The position numbers and the translations under genes are program-made. The notes below the pieces were generated by a model, which saw only the letters and a program-made list of their open reading frames with translations, had not been told where the DNA came from and did not search any database. Below, in pieces: positions 1 to 9,952 of a stretch of DNA of 64,000 bases. This DNA comes from an uncultured virus (IMG/VR IMGVR_UViG_3300025072_000003). Taxonomy: Duplodnaviria; Heunggongvirae; Uroviricota; Caudoviricetes. Where the stretch lies: the IMG/VR virus record IMGVR_UViG_3300025072_000003; one strand, given 5' to 3'. How positions within the stretch are numbered: the first letter of the stretch is position 1; every line of letters starts with the position of its first letter.

Positions 1-88
1 ACTCCTACATAAGAATCCCCATTTTTGATGAAATTAAAGAGGACGTTCTTGCTTGAGGGCGTTTTAATTTTACTTTACAGGAAACAAT

Positions 89-499
89 ATGCGTAAGTTA
101 ACTTTTGAAGATGATACAACCATATGTGTAGCGGACTCATACGAATTTCATATTCCACGGTTTGGAACGAACATACCTGCAAGATCTGTTGTTCCTACTG
201 ATGTTGTTCTTGTTGAGGGGAAAAATGGAACTAGTAAGACTCCAAAGGAGGTTGTGAGGAACGATTCGACAGAACTTCCCTACAAAACCGCCGCACAAGC
301 GTTTACAGAAAAAGAAGTCGAGCCATGGAAGCCGCCTGGATGGAAGATGGGCGTGACTATGAAAGACGTTGACTTAACCGACGAAGAGATATTTGATCAA
401 TTCATTAGAATGATTGACCGAAATGTCGCTAAAGACGAGAATGCTGATGCATGTAGGGTAAAATCAGTAAATGAATGGCTTGAAAGGCACATGAAATGA
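89..499 (+). CDS. hypothetical protein
   Basis: AGGA RBS before ATG; stop overlaps the next start (ATGA). Confidence 0.75.
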   Translation: MRKLTFEDDTTICVADSYEFHIPRFGTNIPARSVVPTDVVLVEGKNGTSKTPKEVVRNDSTELPYKTAAQAFTEKEVEPWKPPGWKMGVTMKDVDLTDEEIFDQFIRMIDRNVAKDENADACRVKSVNEWLERHMK

Positions 500-1116
500 G
501 TGACACATATGATGAAAAGTATCTTGAGAACCTTCGCGTCTTTGGAGATGACCTCACAATCGAAGAATCGGATCAAGTTTACCGACTTGGTGGCGTTACT
601 CATCGCAATGTGAGGGCTATGCTGGAAACAGCCCGTAAGACGGCGATCACAGACGGTCGTTCCTCCAGCGAGTGTTTGAAACAATTGATTGACAATAGGC
701 AATTGATTGACCAAAATGTAAAGAAATACGATTACGACGAGGCACATGAAATGAATGGATACGATGAAGATGGAAACCTGATTAGGAAGTTGTATGGTGA
801 ATATGACGATTGTTATGGCGTTCCTCAAAAAGACAGTTCTGCCGATTTATGCAATGAAGCGGCTCTCAGAATAGAATATTTGGAGGCTTTGTTGCAAAAC
901 AAAGAAAATGAGATCGCTGGATTGCAACGTCGTCAAATGCATGCACCTGTAAGGCGCACCGTTAGTTCTGCTGGATCTGCCGACGATCAGATAAGAATTA
1001 ACTCCGAAGCAGAGTTATTTAAAGAACTCATGCTTCTAATTGACGCTAACGCTGTTTCTAGAATGATTACCAGAAAACAGGCGTTTAGTGAGTTTCTTGA
1101 AAGGCACATGAAATGA
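496..1116 (+). CDS. hypothetical protein
   Basis: 206 aa, translationally coupled on both sides; ends in LERHMK like the previous ORF. Confidence 0.8.
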   Translation: MSDTYDEKYLENLRVFGDDLTIEESDQVYRLGGVTHRNVRAMLETARKTAITDGRSSSECLKQLIDNRQLIDQNVKKYDYDEAHEMNGYDEDGNLIRKLYGEYDDCYGVPQKDSSADLCNEAALRIEYLEALLQNKENEIAGLQRRQMHAPVRRTVSSAGSADDQIRINSEAELFKELMLLIDANAVSRMITRKQAFSEFLERHMK

Positions 1117-1550
1117 GTTTTACTATAAAAAAGGTTACGCCAAAACAGATTTCTGGTCGTTCAATTGAGCTAGAAGCTTCTTTGGATGATGAGATAGTTA
1201 TTGCCGAAGTGGTGGTTGATGGTTTTCCCGAACCCAGCAAAGAACACATTGATGAAGCATTAGTTGATGCTCGTAAACATGCTGAAACTCACAACAATAT
1301 TCGAGATTGGGCTAAGCAATGTACTGTCAAAGAAGCAAATGATGCTGTTGCCAATCGCAATCGCAATCAGACTTCCAATGATAATTGGTGGGGATTTTGG
1401 GGCGATGGAGAAAATGAACAGCCTCAAACCCACAATCAGCATAGAAGTCATAATGAACCAATAACTGCGTTTGAGAAAGTTATGTTTTCAGTCTTGGGCG
1501 TTATGCTTTTTGCTTGGCTTATGTTCGTTTTGATGTTTGGGGGCGCTTAA
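1113..1550 (+). CDS. hypothetical protein with C-terminal TM helix
   Basis: Coupled start; hydrophobic C-terminus VMFSVLGVMLFAWLMFVLMF. Confidence 0.75.
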   Translation: MSFTIKKVTPKQISGRSIELEASLDDEIVIAEVVVDGFPEPSKEHIDEALVDARKHAETHNNIRDWAKQCTVKEANDAVANRNRNQTSNDNWWGFWGDGENEQPQTHNQHRSHNEPITAFEKVMFSVLGVMLFAWLMFVLMFGGA

Positions 1551-1801
1551 TGACTAAATTAGGATCATTATTGGCTTCTTGGAGTAATGCACATGATGGT
1601 TGCAGAGTTCCTAGACCTGCGGCAACAACTGGAGAAGAACCTTGTGAGCATTGCATTAAAGGAAGATGCTTGGTAGCATGGGGAGGTTATTGGCTTGGGG
1701 CGTTTTTAATTATTATTACGTTATCTTTTGGCGTATGGTGGTTTATTGGTTCTGAGCCAGAAGTTAAAGCCACGGAAGATACACATGCAGTGGAACAATA
1801 A
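1550..1801 (+). CDS. small membrane protein with Cys motif
   Basis: Start re-assigned to the ATG overlapping the upstream TAA; CEHC motif plus TM segment. Confidence 0.65.
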   Translation: MTKLGSLLASWSNAHDGCRVPRPAATTGEEPCEHCIKGRCLVAWGGYWLGAFLIIITLSFGVWWFIGSEPEVKATEDTHAVEQ

Positions 1802-1803
1802 CA

Positions 1804-2061
1804 ATGTGGTTCACAGGTAAAGAAATGAAACAGTGCAAATTAGCTAAATCTGGAGAATATAAGGGCGTTAATGCTCCTAATTGCAACCAGGGCAATGGAT
1901 GTGAAGCATGTTGGAAGGTTTTCCAAGATGCGTGTGATCATTCGCAACATATGCAGTTCGTCAATAAGGCTGGCATGTCAAAATGCACTCGTTGCATGAG
2001 TATTGTTGAAGAAGAGAAAGACTATACCCTCAGTAACATTATTGATAAGATGAATGAATGA
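1804..2061 (+). CDS. small Cys-rich (putative Zn-binding) protein
   Basis: CEAC, CDH and CTRC motifs; in operon context. Confidence 0.65.
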   Translation: MWFTGKEMKQCKLAKSGEYKGVNAPNCNQGNGCEACWKVFQDACDHSQHMQFVNKAGMSKCTRCMSIVEEEKDYTLSNIIDKMNE

Positions 2062-2241
2062 ATGAACGAATAAAGGATCTTGAAGAAAGAGTTATTTATT
2101 TGGAGGGCGAAAATCAAAACAGAATAGCTGATTTAGAATCTGAAATGGATAAGAGAGACAATCCCGATTCAATGTACAACCAATAAAATCCTAGCCTTAC
2201 TAAATAATATAAACCTTTAATTTTTTGGAGTTTATATTATT

Positions 2242-2508
2242 ATGGCTATAACAGACGCAATTGCTGGAAGAGATCCAGATGACGCCGCAGACGGCGCAAA
2301 GAAAGTAAGGCGAGCATTGCTTAATGCTATTTCCACTATGGAATCAGCATTATCGCAAGTTCGTAAACAAGTTGACACACACACTCGTGCTGCTATCGTT
2401 ACCGAACTAGGAAGCGATGCAACAGATGCAGTTGCAGTATACAATGCTATTAAGGATGTGCTAACCAGCACTGAGATAGCAAGGGCTGTAGACGATCTAC
2501 CATCCTAA
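2242..2508 (+). CDS. hypothetical protein, paralog of 50599..50850
   Basis: GGAG RBS; aligns by eye with 50599..50850 (GA.KVR, TE.GS, YN..K.VL.STE, D.LP). Confidence 0.8.
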   Translation: MAITDAIAGRDPDDAADGAKKVRRALLNAISTMESALSQVRKQVDTHTRAAIVTELGSDATDAVAVYNAIKDVLTSTEIARAVDDLPS

Positions 2509-2519
2509 GAGATGATGAA

Positions 2520-2915
2520 ATGGACGAAATGAAACCTGTGTTTTATGGATCAGCTACCTCAGAAAATGTGAGGAAGGCTCAGGAGGCTGTAGAAGCTATA
2601 AGGAATTCTCCTTACACAAAAGGATGGGACTCCTTTACTCCTAAGCCTGGAGAACAAGAGTCTATGACGTGTAAGGTTTGTGAAGAGAAAATGAAAGTCA
2701 AAAGGGATTGCTCAGGTCCGACCAGTTTTGCTGGTGCATTATCAAATGCTGGGGTTCCCTATGACTTCTTCTATTGCGAAAACATTGGGTTTGATTGGCA
2801 CAAACAAGTCCTTGCATTAAGAAAAGAGACTGACAATACTGCGAGTGGTGCAATAACCTCACTTTTGAACAGTGAGATTGCTGAAATACTGGAAACTCGG
2901 ATTCCCACCAAATGA
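2520..2915 (+). CDS. hypothetical protein
   Basis: 131 aa ORF in operon; CKVC motif. Confidence 0.75.
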   Translation: MDEMKPVFYGSATSENVRKAQEAVEAIRNSPYTKGWDSFTPKPGEQESMTCKVCEEKMKVKRDCSGPTSFAGALSNAGVPYDFFYCENIGFDWHKQVLALRKETDNTASGAITSLLNSEIAEILETRIPTK

Positions 2916-3385
2916 ATGAAGAAGACATTGTGACAAACCTTGTTCTGTCTGCCCCTCCATCATGGAGAGTAAGGTTCGAGGGCGTTAATTTTTATCTTGA
3001 ACGTGACCGTCTATTAGAAAAGCTTTTTGAAATTGATTATGAAACCGAATTCAGCAATTTCCGTTGTTATTTGTTTTACAAGAGACGAGAGCATGTTCTT
3101 CTTGAACGTTATGGAATTAACTACCGACAATGCACCTTTATGAGTTGCAAAGTTGAAAGAAGTAAAGAAAATTGCTGTGTTAATGTCGCAGTTGAATATT
3201 CTGTTATACCAATTTGTGATTTGACAGTTCATTTTATAAAAGTTTATGACAAAAATCAAGCTGTAATAGATGACAAAGATATGGCAGGCGAAAAACTTAA
3301 CTATGATGATTTTGTGACTTTTAAGATTGAACATAAAATAACATTACAGAATTCTGGCACTTTTATGAAAGATTTGAGACTATGA
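2912..3385 (+). CDS. hypothetical protein
   Basis: ATGA-coupled on both ends. Confidence 0.7.
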   Translation: MNEEDIVTNLVLSAPPSWRVRFEGVNFYLERDRLLEKLFEIDYETEFSNFRCYLFYKRREHVLLERYGINYRQCTFMSCKVERSKENCCVNVAVEYSVIPICDLTVHFIKVYDKNQAVIDDKDMAGEKLNYDDFVTFKIEHKITLQNSGTFMKDLRL

Positions 3386-4059
3386 TTTGGATCATACTAA
3401 TTTTTGGTGCTATAGCAGGCTTTGTTGGGGTGTGGTTATACTTCACCTACAAAGAACATCTTCGCACTATGGAGGGTCAGAGACAGCTAGTTGAGGCTAG
3501 GGATTTCTTTGAGCCTCACCGTCCACGCCGCAACAACGGTCGGGCGCAACAGTGGTGGCGTGGAGAATATAACACAGTTGATCAAAGGTTTTCAGCAATG
3601 ATCGAATCAACCGACACTGTTGTTGCCAATGCTATAGGTGCATGGTGGGACAAATCCATGTCAGAAGAGAGAGACGAACTGGAAAAGCTGAGGCAAGAAC
3701 GTGCAGAAGGTTTGATGGATCAACTTGCTGATGGTCGAGCAGAACGCAATGCTGAACTTGCACAGCGAGCAGTCAACGAAGCAGCCGTGAGGCGTGCTGC
3801 GGCACAAGCAGCAGTTGAGAACATGCGTGGTCCAGAATTCCGTGCAGCACAAGCACAAGAAGAAGCAGAAGCAGAAGCAGCATTCCAGGCGGTATTGCTA
3901 GAGGCGAGAGCAAAGGCATTCCAAGAACAATATGAATTAGAAAAACGCAAGCGAGATGACTACCGTAGGATTGGACTGCGAGCAGATACAGAAGAAGAGT
4001 ACATCGCACAAGCAAGAATAAACGCAATGTTGGACAACAAATTGGGGAATGATCAATGA
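3382..4059 (+). CDS. membrane-anchored coiled-coil protein
   Basis: N-terminal TM helix; Ala/Glu/Arg-rich helical C-terminal half. Confidence 0.8.
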   Translation: MIWIILIFGAIAGFVGVWLYFTYKEHLRTMEGQRQLVEARDFFEPHRPRRNNGRAQQWWRGEYNTVDQRFSAMIESTDTVVANAIGAWWDKSMSEERDELEKLRQERAEGLMDQLADGRAERNAELAQRAVNEAAVRRAAAQAAVENMRGPEFRAAQAQEEAEAEAAFQAVLLEARAKAFQEQYELEKRKRDDYRRIGLRADTEEEYIAQARINAMLDNKLGNDQ

Positions 4060-4418
4060 TATATCTTCTAATATGGTCTATTTCATGGATTGCTATTATG
4101 GTTTTCATGTATGACCCTTTTGAACTAATTAGGAAATGCGCTATTTTATTGAAAGTGGCAGATGACTCCACTAAAACACGAGAGCAGGTGTTCGAAGAAT
4201 TTGTAACTGATATTGAAAAAAACCCTGCCTATGCTGTCATTTCCGCGATTGGCATTGCTATTATTGCTCCACTGTTTCTTATAGTTTTCTTCTGCCTTGG
4301 AGTGTGGGCAATTTTACAGATGTTTGGTCTTCTTTTATGTAGCGCTTTGCGTGCGAAAAACCTAGCATGGAAGATTTGTGCTGCAATTGAAAAAATAGGT
4401 TCAAGGAACAATCAATGA
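4056..4418 (+). CDS. membrane protein
   Basis: Hydrophobic segments; coupled start and stop. Confidence 0.7.
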   Translation: MIYLLIWSISWIAIMVFMYDPFELIRKCAILLKVADDSTKTREQVFEEFVTDIEKNPAYAVISAIGIAIIAPLFLIVFFCLGVWAILQMFGLLLCSALRAKNLAWKICAAIEKIGSRNNQ

Positions 4419-4600
4419 GTGAAAAAGAAGAATGGGAAGACATTGATCATGTGGCAGACTTTTTACATGATTTATGGGAAGAAGCTAGTCATAGAGTTAA
4501 AATTATTGGTGAACTACTTGATCGTTCACGCAAAGATCCGTCTGACGAGTTGTTTGAAGAGATGAAACAATTATATGATGATTTAACGGAGGAGGAGTGA
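4415..4600 (+). CDS. small acidic hypothetical protein
   Basis: Coupled on both sides. Confidence 0.65.
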   Translation: MSEKEEWEDIDHVADFLHDLWEEASHRVKIIGELLDRSRKDPSDELFEEMKQLYDDLTEEE

Positions 4601-4881
4601 TGGAATATTTGTTAATTTTGTTAATTTGGCCAATTTCATGGGTCGTTATTTTTTTATCTTTAGTTGCACATCGTTGGTACTCTGGCATGCCAACCTTTCG
4701 TTATATTGCCCATGAGCTTAACGTAGATAGAAATTCAGAGCCAGCAAGATTGGGTTTTATGGCTACAATCTTTTTTCTCGTTTCTCCCATCCTTGCAATA
4801 TTTGCTTTGGTATGGCCAACCTTATACTTCATTGGAGTGGCAGCGAAAAGAGTGATGATTTGTCTTTTGCGAGAAGATTAA
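4597..4881 (+). CDS. membrane protein
   Basis: GGAGG RBS; two hydrophobic segments; similar layout to 4056..4418. Confidence 0.7.
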   Translation: MMEYLLILLIWPISWVVIFLSLVAHRWYSGMPTFRYIAHELNVDRNSEPARLGFMATIFFLVSPILAIFALVWPTLYFIGVAAKRVMICLLRED

Positions 4882-5325
4882 TTACTTGATGGTCAGAATG
4901 AACTTTTCCCATTCAGGGTGGTCGTGAATTTTATCTTTGTGCTTTGCATAAGTGTTTGCATAAGCCATACAGAACAATTCTTCTGCGCACTGGTCTTGGG
5001 TTTCTCTTTTAGGATCTTTTTTAAGCTTTTGTGCTAGTTTGTCCCATTGAGCAATTTGGCTTTTGCTAAGCGTCTCATAGACGGAATGACCAATTTCATG
5101 AAGTACGGTGAATTCTCTTCCATAGTGCCAAGGAGCGGCTACAGTTATTTTCTTTTTCTGTGGGTCTAGCTCCCCTACGTTTTCGCCATCATTATTCAAT
5201 GTGTTGTGGGGCTGAAATTTATAACTAAAGCCTTTAACTAGTTTCATGTGACTTTTTGGAATAACTGCCAAGGTAGCATTGATATTCTTCTTTTCTTCGT
5301 TTTCTATAAAAGTTTTGAATTCCAT
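4882..5325 (-). CDS. putative zincin-like metallopeptidase (HExxH)
   Basis: VLHEIGH motif with downstream EELFC; lone counter-oriented gene with CTAAATA just upstream. Confidence 0.65.
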   Translation of the reverse strand: MEFKTFIENEEKKNINATLAVIPKSHMKLVKGFSYKFQPHNTLNNDGENVGELDPQKKKITVAAPWHYGREFTVLHEIGHSVYETLSKSQIAQWDKLAQKLKKDPKRETQDQCAEELFCMAYANTYAKHKDKIHDHPEWEKFILTIK

Positions 5326-5327
5326 GA

Positions 5328-5675
5328 TTGTATTTAGCCATTGAGTGTTGTAAAATGAATAGGTATTTGCGTTTCACAGAGTGTTTTGATGAAGAAGACA
5401 GGGGAATCATCAATGACATGATATTTATTGCCAATAACAGCAGATGGAATTTGGAAATGAGCCATCATTTGAATAAGGGTCAAGTAGAAACATTTCTGAA
5501 CACAGCCAGAGTGATTAACACAAGACTTCCACATTACTTGGATCAAATGTGTTCAGAGGGTGGCAAAACAAACAGAAATTGGATGCTTTATAATAATGGT
5601 TATAAAGTCAATACCCCTTTGGTAACAACAGCAATAGTTAGTATGATTTCAAGTTGGGAAAATTATGTTATATAA
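5328..5675 (+). CDS. hypothetical protein
   Basis: ORF in operon; true start probably the internal ATG (MNRYL). Confidence 0.6.
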   Translation: MYLAIECCKMNRYLRFTECFDEEDRGIINDMIFIANNSRWNLEMSHHLNKGQVETFLNTARVINTRLPHYLDQMCSEGGKTNRNWMLYNNGYKVNTPLVTTAIVSMISSWENYVI

Positions 5676-5943
5676 AAAGTATTTGTCTTTATTGTTTGCA
5701 TTGATGGTATCTGTAATACTATTTGTGGGCGTTTATTTTACTATGAATAATGAGCTAGAAGTCAACGCTTCAACATATGAAAGGATTATATTGATAGTAG
5801 AAGAAATGCCAGAATTGAAGTCAGAAATTGAAAACATGGCAAAAAGCGACAACAAAATATCCGGCAATGAATATTGGGAAATAGAAAGAATATACAAAGC
5901 CAAGAAAAGAAAACGATTATTAGAAGGATTAAAGAAGCAATGA
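5665..5943 (+). CDS. membrane-anchored protein, family shared with 56792..57756
   Basis: TM helix followed by an E(I/V)...Y..I ... D..I...EY..I module. Confidence 0.7.
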   Translation: MLYKKYLSLLFALMVSVILFVGVYFTMNNELEVNASTYERIILIVEEMPELKSEIENMAKSDNKISGNEYWEIERIYKAKKRKRLLEGLKKQ

Positions 5944-6452
5944 AGAAATTAATGATATTAGCGATTTTGTTTATAGCTACATCTGCATTTGCGGAGCCAG
6001 TTGTCAGTGGCGTAACGGTTTCTGATTTTCCAGGGGAAATCAGTTCAACGGGCATTCATTTTTATGAAAACCATTCCTGCATTGTTGCAAACGGATATTA
6101 CCACAGAACTGGAGTTAAGGCTTACCTGCAACCAAAGCTTTATCCCAAGGGAGAAATCCCAGATTATTGGGAGATTGAGTTTAAGTTCCATCAATTGCCA
6201 GAAGGAGTTGATCTGGAACACCATCGACGAGGGTTGTTTAGTGCTGCTGTGAAATTAGATGGTTACACTCATCCTATAATGTCAGCAAACTGGAGAAGAA
6301 TAATTGGCGAAAGCAACTTTAGGGCACCGCCCGTAAAGCCAATTTCAATTCGAGGCAAAAAAGGAATTGAACTTATAGTTCCAAAGACATATGGAGACAA
6401 ACAAGTTTTTGTTCGCATAAAAATGCATGGAAAAGGTCTTAATGTTGAGTGA
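5940..6452 (+). CDS. secreted/periplasmic hypothetical protein
   Basis: Start re-assigned to MKKLMILAILFIATSAFA, a typical signal peptide ending A-x-A. Confidence 0.7.
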   Translation: MKKLMILAILFIATSAFAEPVVSGVTVSDFPGEISSTGIHFYENHSCIVANGYYHRTGVKAYLQPKLYPKGEIPDYWEIEFKFHQLPEGVDLEHHRRGLFSAAVKLDGYTHPIMSANWRRIIGESNFRAPPVKPISIRGKKGIELIVPKTYGDKQVFVRIKMHGKGLNVE

Positions 6453-6873
6453 ACTTGACTTAATGATTGAATCATGGGCTATATTTGACCAGCAAGATGT
6501 TCTAGCTGGTCTTTACGCTGATCATTACATTGAAACTACTCAACCAGAGATAAAGATCATTGTTGACAGCCCATTTTCATTGGATGAAGAAGATATTCGG
6601 GTTATGTTCAGTGACGCTTGGAAAGAAACGCAGAAAGCCTCGCAAGAAGTGGAAGAAGTATATCGTGCATTGCATGACACTCGGGGCGTTTTAATTTTTA
6701 ATCAGCCTGGGATGATTGATAGTCCTGGTCGTTACTCGGCTACTATTGATTTAACTGTATATCAAGAGACTTTCACATTTTGGGTTGTTACCCCTGTCGG
6801 AAACAATCTACCCCCAGCGGGTGGCGTGGATTGGATGCTAGATTTTGAGAACGTCCAGAGATGGTTCGCATGA
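6427..6873 (+). CDS. hypothetical protein
   Basis: 148 aa ORF near the end of the + block. Confidence 0.65.
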   Translation: MEKVLMLSELDLMIESWAIFDQQDVLAGLYADHYIETTQPEIKIIVDSPFSLDEEDIRVMFSDAWKETQKASQEVEEVYRALHDTRGVLIFNQPGMIDSPGRYSATIDLTVYQETFTFWVVTPVGNNLPPAGGVDWMLDFENVQRWFA

Positions 6874-7398
6874 TTTTTTCATTGTCAAATGCCATTTTTT
6901 GAAGTATAATAGTGAAACATGCCTAATTGGTTTGTTTTTAAGGAAGAATTAAAATGAAAGATTCACAAATAAAGCAATTAGCCAAACTTTGTTACTACCC
7001 CAAGTCAGAGGGCGATGTTGAGTTTGCCATGCAGTTATTTATTGAAAAAACTGTACTTCCGCCTGATTGCAAAGGATATACCGACGAAGACATGGAAGAT
7101 TACATTAAAAAATATTTGGAGAAATAAAGTGGCTCATACACTGATTGTTTTGACAAAAGAAAATATTAGAGATTTATTGAAAACCCTACCACAGAAAACT
7201 AAAAAAGTGCTGGGGATTTTTTGACATTGGGGCGTTTTAATTTTTTTAAGATAATATACAACCCACAGGAATTGTTTGATTTAAGCTTTTGTAACAAGAA
7301 AGGACCTGCGGAGGCTGTTATAGGCACCCTACATTGTACCCCCACACAAACTTTTTTCAAGTTTATTTCTGAGTTTTTAATTATGCAACAAGGGACCA

Positions 7399-7497
7399 CC
7401 ACTAGGCTGATCGCGCTACCCCCACTAGGCTGATCGTGCCAGCACAGCCCACCAGCACAGCCCACCAGCACAGCCCACCAGCACAGCCCGCCAGCAC
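7399..7497. repeat. Short GC-rich tandem repeats at the array boundary
   Basis: CCACTAGGCTGATCG x2 (7399, 7422), then CCAGCACAGCCC(A/G) x4 plus a partial copy (7439-7497). Confidence 0.9.
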
Positions 7498-7508
7498 CAG
7501 CGTATACC

Positions 7509-7817
7509 CTAGCGGGTATAGCCAGCGTCACGGTCAGTCCAGTAGGCAGAGGTACAGCCCGCCGACTGATAGGCGGCGAAGTCCTCAGCCATACGTAGCC
7601 CTGCCTCGCCATCGTTGTCGTCATAGTGAGTACCACTAGGCTCGATAGCCTCAGGGTTGTCCTTGCGTGCCACGTCCTCACACGATAGACAGTACACTAG
7701 CGCCCGCTTCTTACTCGGCAGGGTGACTAGCACACATCGTTCGTCACGCATAACCGTTTCACTGCAACACTCGCACGCCTTACGGCTGTACTGCTTCTGC
7801 TTGCCTTGCTCGATCAT
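7509..7817 (-). CDS. hypothetical Zn-finger-like protein (last unit of array)
   Basis: GGAGA RBS downstream of element 7866; CECC...CLSC. Confidence 0.7.
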   Translation of the reverse strand: MIEQGKQKQYSRKACECCSETVMRDERCVLVTLPSKKRALVYCLSCEDVARKDNPEAIEPSGTHYDDNDGEAGLRMAEDFAAYQSAGCTSAYWTDRDAGYTR

Positions 7818-7909
7818 CGTCGCGTCTCCAGTGAGAGGGGGTTGATAACGTCTTACAATACGCTATTGACCGAAACCGAACCATCTGACAACTAATTATA
7901 AATTTCCCC

Positions 7910-8437
7910 CTAATCCACGACGGTAAGAGTTTTGCCGTCGAGCCTAATTTGATGGATGGAATCGACCGCATAATCCCGAACTATAATCTCCTTTTCCGTT
8001 TCCTGCCTCTTTGACTTGCTTCTCGCCAGCAGCCACGGATTTATTGTTTCGTCGTCGTGAATCGTTCCATCTTGCCCGCTATACTGGTGCGACAAACTGC
8101 GTTCGACCTTTAATTCGAGATAATGTTTCCCCTTGTGTTCAACGAGTGGCGTAATAGTTCCATCCTCGCGGCTTAATCGTTGCCCCCACTTTCGAGCATG
8201 CGCGGTGAAGTGTTCGCCGTTCCCTTCCCGTTCCCGTTGAGCATTAACGGCGTTTTCATAGCGCCAGTTCATCATTCCGTTGACGTGCGAAGTTTTAATT
8301 ACGTCGCCAATGTACGGGTTGGGTTGCCCGTCTAACTTCTTTCGGAATTTTGGTTCAGTTTTTGCAATAATGCTAACCACACTTGCGCCACGTCGAGTCA
8401 AAAGAGTGGCAATCAATTCGTTTCGAGTGATAGTCAT
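7910..8437 (-). CDS. hypothetical phage protein (cassette)
   Basis: Fills the space between elements 7866 and 8486; GGAGA RBS. Confidence 0.85.
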   Translation of the reverse strand: MTITRNELIATLLTRRGASVVSIIAKTEPKFRKKLDGQPNPYIGDVIKTSHVNGMMNWRYENAVNAQREREGNGEHFTAHARKWGQRLSREDGTITPLVEHKGKHYLELKVERSLSHQYSGQDGTIHDDETINPWLLARSKSKRQETEKEIIVRDYAVDSIHQIRLDGKTLTVVD

Positions 8438-8515
8438 TAGAAGAAGTCTCCGGTGAGGTGGTTGGTTGCGTCTTACAATACGCTATTGACCGAAACAGAA
8501 CTATCTGACAACTAA

Positions 8516-8797
8516 TTATAAAAAGCAGGAAAGTGTTTGCCCAAAATGCGGGGGGTATTCTTCATCTACGTCAACATCGTGAGGTCCGATTGTCAACCCG
8601 CAGCCCAGCAACCTCTCGCGCCCGTCACTCCAACCGTTGAGAGGGTAAGCACGCCAACCGCCTTTGTCGCCCTCTAATGGCACTAGCTTGACACGCTCGC
8701 CAATACTTAGCATCATACCAGTGTCGTCCAACTTAATTGTTTCGACCATTGTGCCGTAGAAGTCCATCGACTCGCCTAGATTGCAAAATTGGGACAT
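8516..8797 (-). CDS. hypothetical protein (cassette)
   Basis: Between elements 8486 and 8838; GAGG RBS. Confidence 0.75.
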   Translation of the reverse strand: MSQFCNLGESMDFYGTMVETIKLDDTGMMLSIGERVKLVPLEGDKGGWRAYPLNGWSDGRERLLGCGLTIGPHDVDVDEEYPPHFGQTLSCFL

Positions 8798-8864
8798 TGT
8801 ATCGCCTCTCGTTGGTGGTGGTTGCTACAATAGGCTATTGACCGAAACCATTCTATCTGACAAA

Positions 8865-9029
8865 CTAATTATAAATTAATTTGCCGTGTTCATCGCAAGG
8901 CTTACCGGATTGTCGCTTGCCCTCTTGTCGTCGTCGCTTGCTACTCATGCTCTTGAGGGTTTCGGTCCTCTCGTAGCGACCGCGACCGCCATTGCTGCCC
9001 CCCATACCCTTCTTAACTTTTACAGCCAT
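8865..9029 (-). CDS. small basic protein, 54 aa (below ORF-track cutoff)
   Basis: Translated by hand MAVKVKKGMGGSNGGRGRYERTETLKSMSSKRRRQEGKRQ...; GAGG RBS; between elements. Confidence 0.65.
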   Translation of the reverse strand: MAVKVKKGMGGSNGGRGRYERTETLKSMSSKRRRQEGKRQSGKPCDEHGKLIYN

Positions 9030-9102
9030 TGTTTTTTCCTCGCGTTGTGTGGTTGGTTTACAATACGCTATTGATTGAGAATTGATTTTCTGACAAGCAA
9101 AA

Positions 9103-9459
9103 TTATAAATCGAAGATATTAACCGGACCAGTGCGGGCAGTAACCGACACGGCAGGCGTTAGCGCCACCTCTCCAGATTCTAATGGACCATGATCCTCTA
9201 CGAGGTTAGCAAGCTGCTCTAGCACCTCAGTGGGGCAATCATACGCTTTCGCGCCTGCGAACGGTAACAGCTTATGAAAGCCTTGGTGCCCACCCTTGCC
9301 GTCGCTTACGGTGATGCGACCCGTTTCGGTGTTGACGCGAGCAATCCGATTGTCCGATTGGATTGTAATAAGGTGAGGCTCTGTATTGCTAACGGGGCAG
9401 ACAACAAACTCTTTTGCCTTACGCATGTTGCCGACTTTTGCAGTTAGTTTGCGAAACAT
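9103..9459 (-). CDS. hypothetical protein (cassette)
   Basis: Start re-assigned to MFRKL after GGAGA RBS; the longer track ORF reads through the element. Confidence 0.75.
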   Translation of the reverse strand: MFRKLTAKVGNMRKAKEFVVCPVSNTEPHLITIQSDNRIARVNTETGRITVSDGKGGHQGFHKLLPFAGAKAYDCPTEVLEQLANLVEDHGPLESGEVALTPAVSVTARTGPVNIFDL

Positions 9460-9538
9460 TGTTTTTCTCCAAGGTGAGGTGATTGGCTTACAATAGGCTA
9501 TTGATCGAAACTGTTCTATCTGACAACAATAATTAAAA

Positions 9539-9901
9539 TTATGCGGCTTCCGCCAGCAATGCTTTAACCTCCTCGTAGCCGGGGTTTCTCTCACTCTTGG
9601 CAAACGTGTGTTGCATGTTGGACATTAGAACCGTCACGTGCCCATATCCAGATTCTCCAAGCATGTACGTCCGTCCGTCGCTACCGTCCACGATGCGCAA
9701 CTTGTTATAATAGGTTGATCGCTTTGGCTTGCCAGTGGTTACACGGCTGCAACGCTGCTTGTCGCCCTTCTTATTGGTTTCAATGTCAAAGGTGCAAGTG
9801 ACTCGGCGGCTTCCGCTTGGCCAATCTTCAAAGCGTGCCGACGTGCGCGGATTGCTGAACGTGAGGGCTTGCTGTTGGGCTTCGAGTTCTTTATAATCCA
9901 T
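9539..9901 (-). CDS. hypothetical protein (cassette)
   Basis: GGAGA RBS; between elements 9501 and 9942. Confidence 0.8.
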   Translation of the reverse strand: MDYKELEAQQQALTFSNPRTSARFEDWPSGSRRVTCTFDIETNKKGDKQRCSRVTTGKPKRSTYYNKLRIVDGSDGRTYMLGESGYGHVTVLMSNMQHTFAKSERNPGYEEVKALLAEAA

Positions 9902-9952
9902 TGTTTTTTCTCCGGTGAGGTGATTGGCTTACAATACGCTATTGACTGAGAA

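Noticed and set aside
7199..7681. ORFs 7199..7681(-) and 7436..7639(+)
   Set aside because: Low-complexity translations of the 13-bp tandem repeat, overlapping a better-supported ORF with an RBS.
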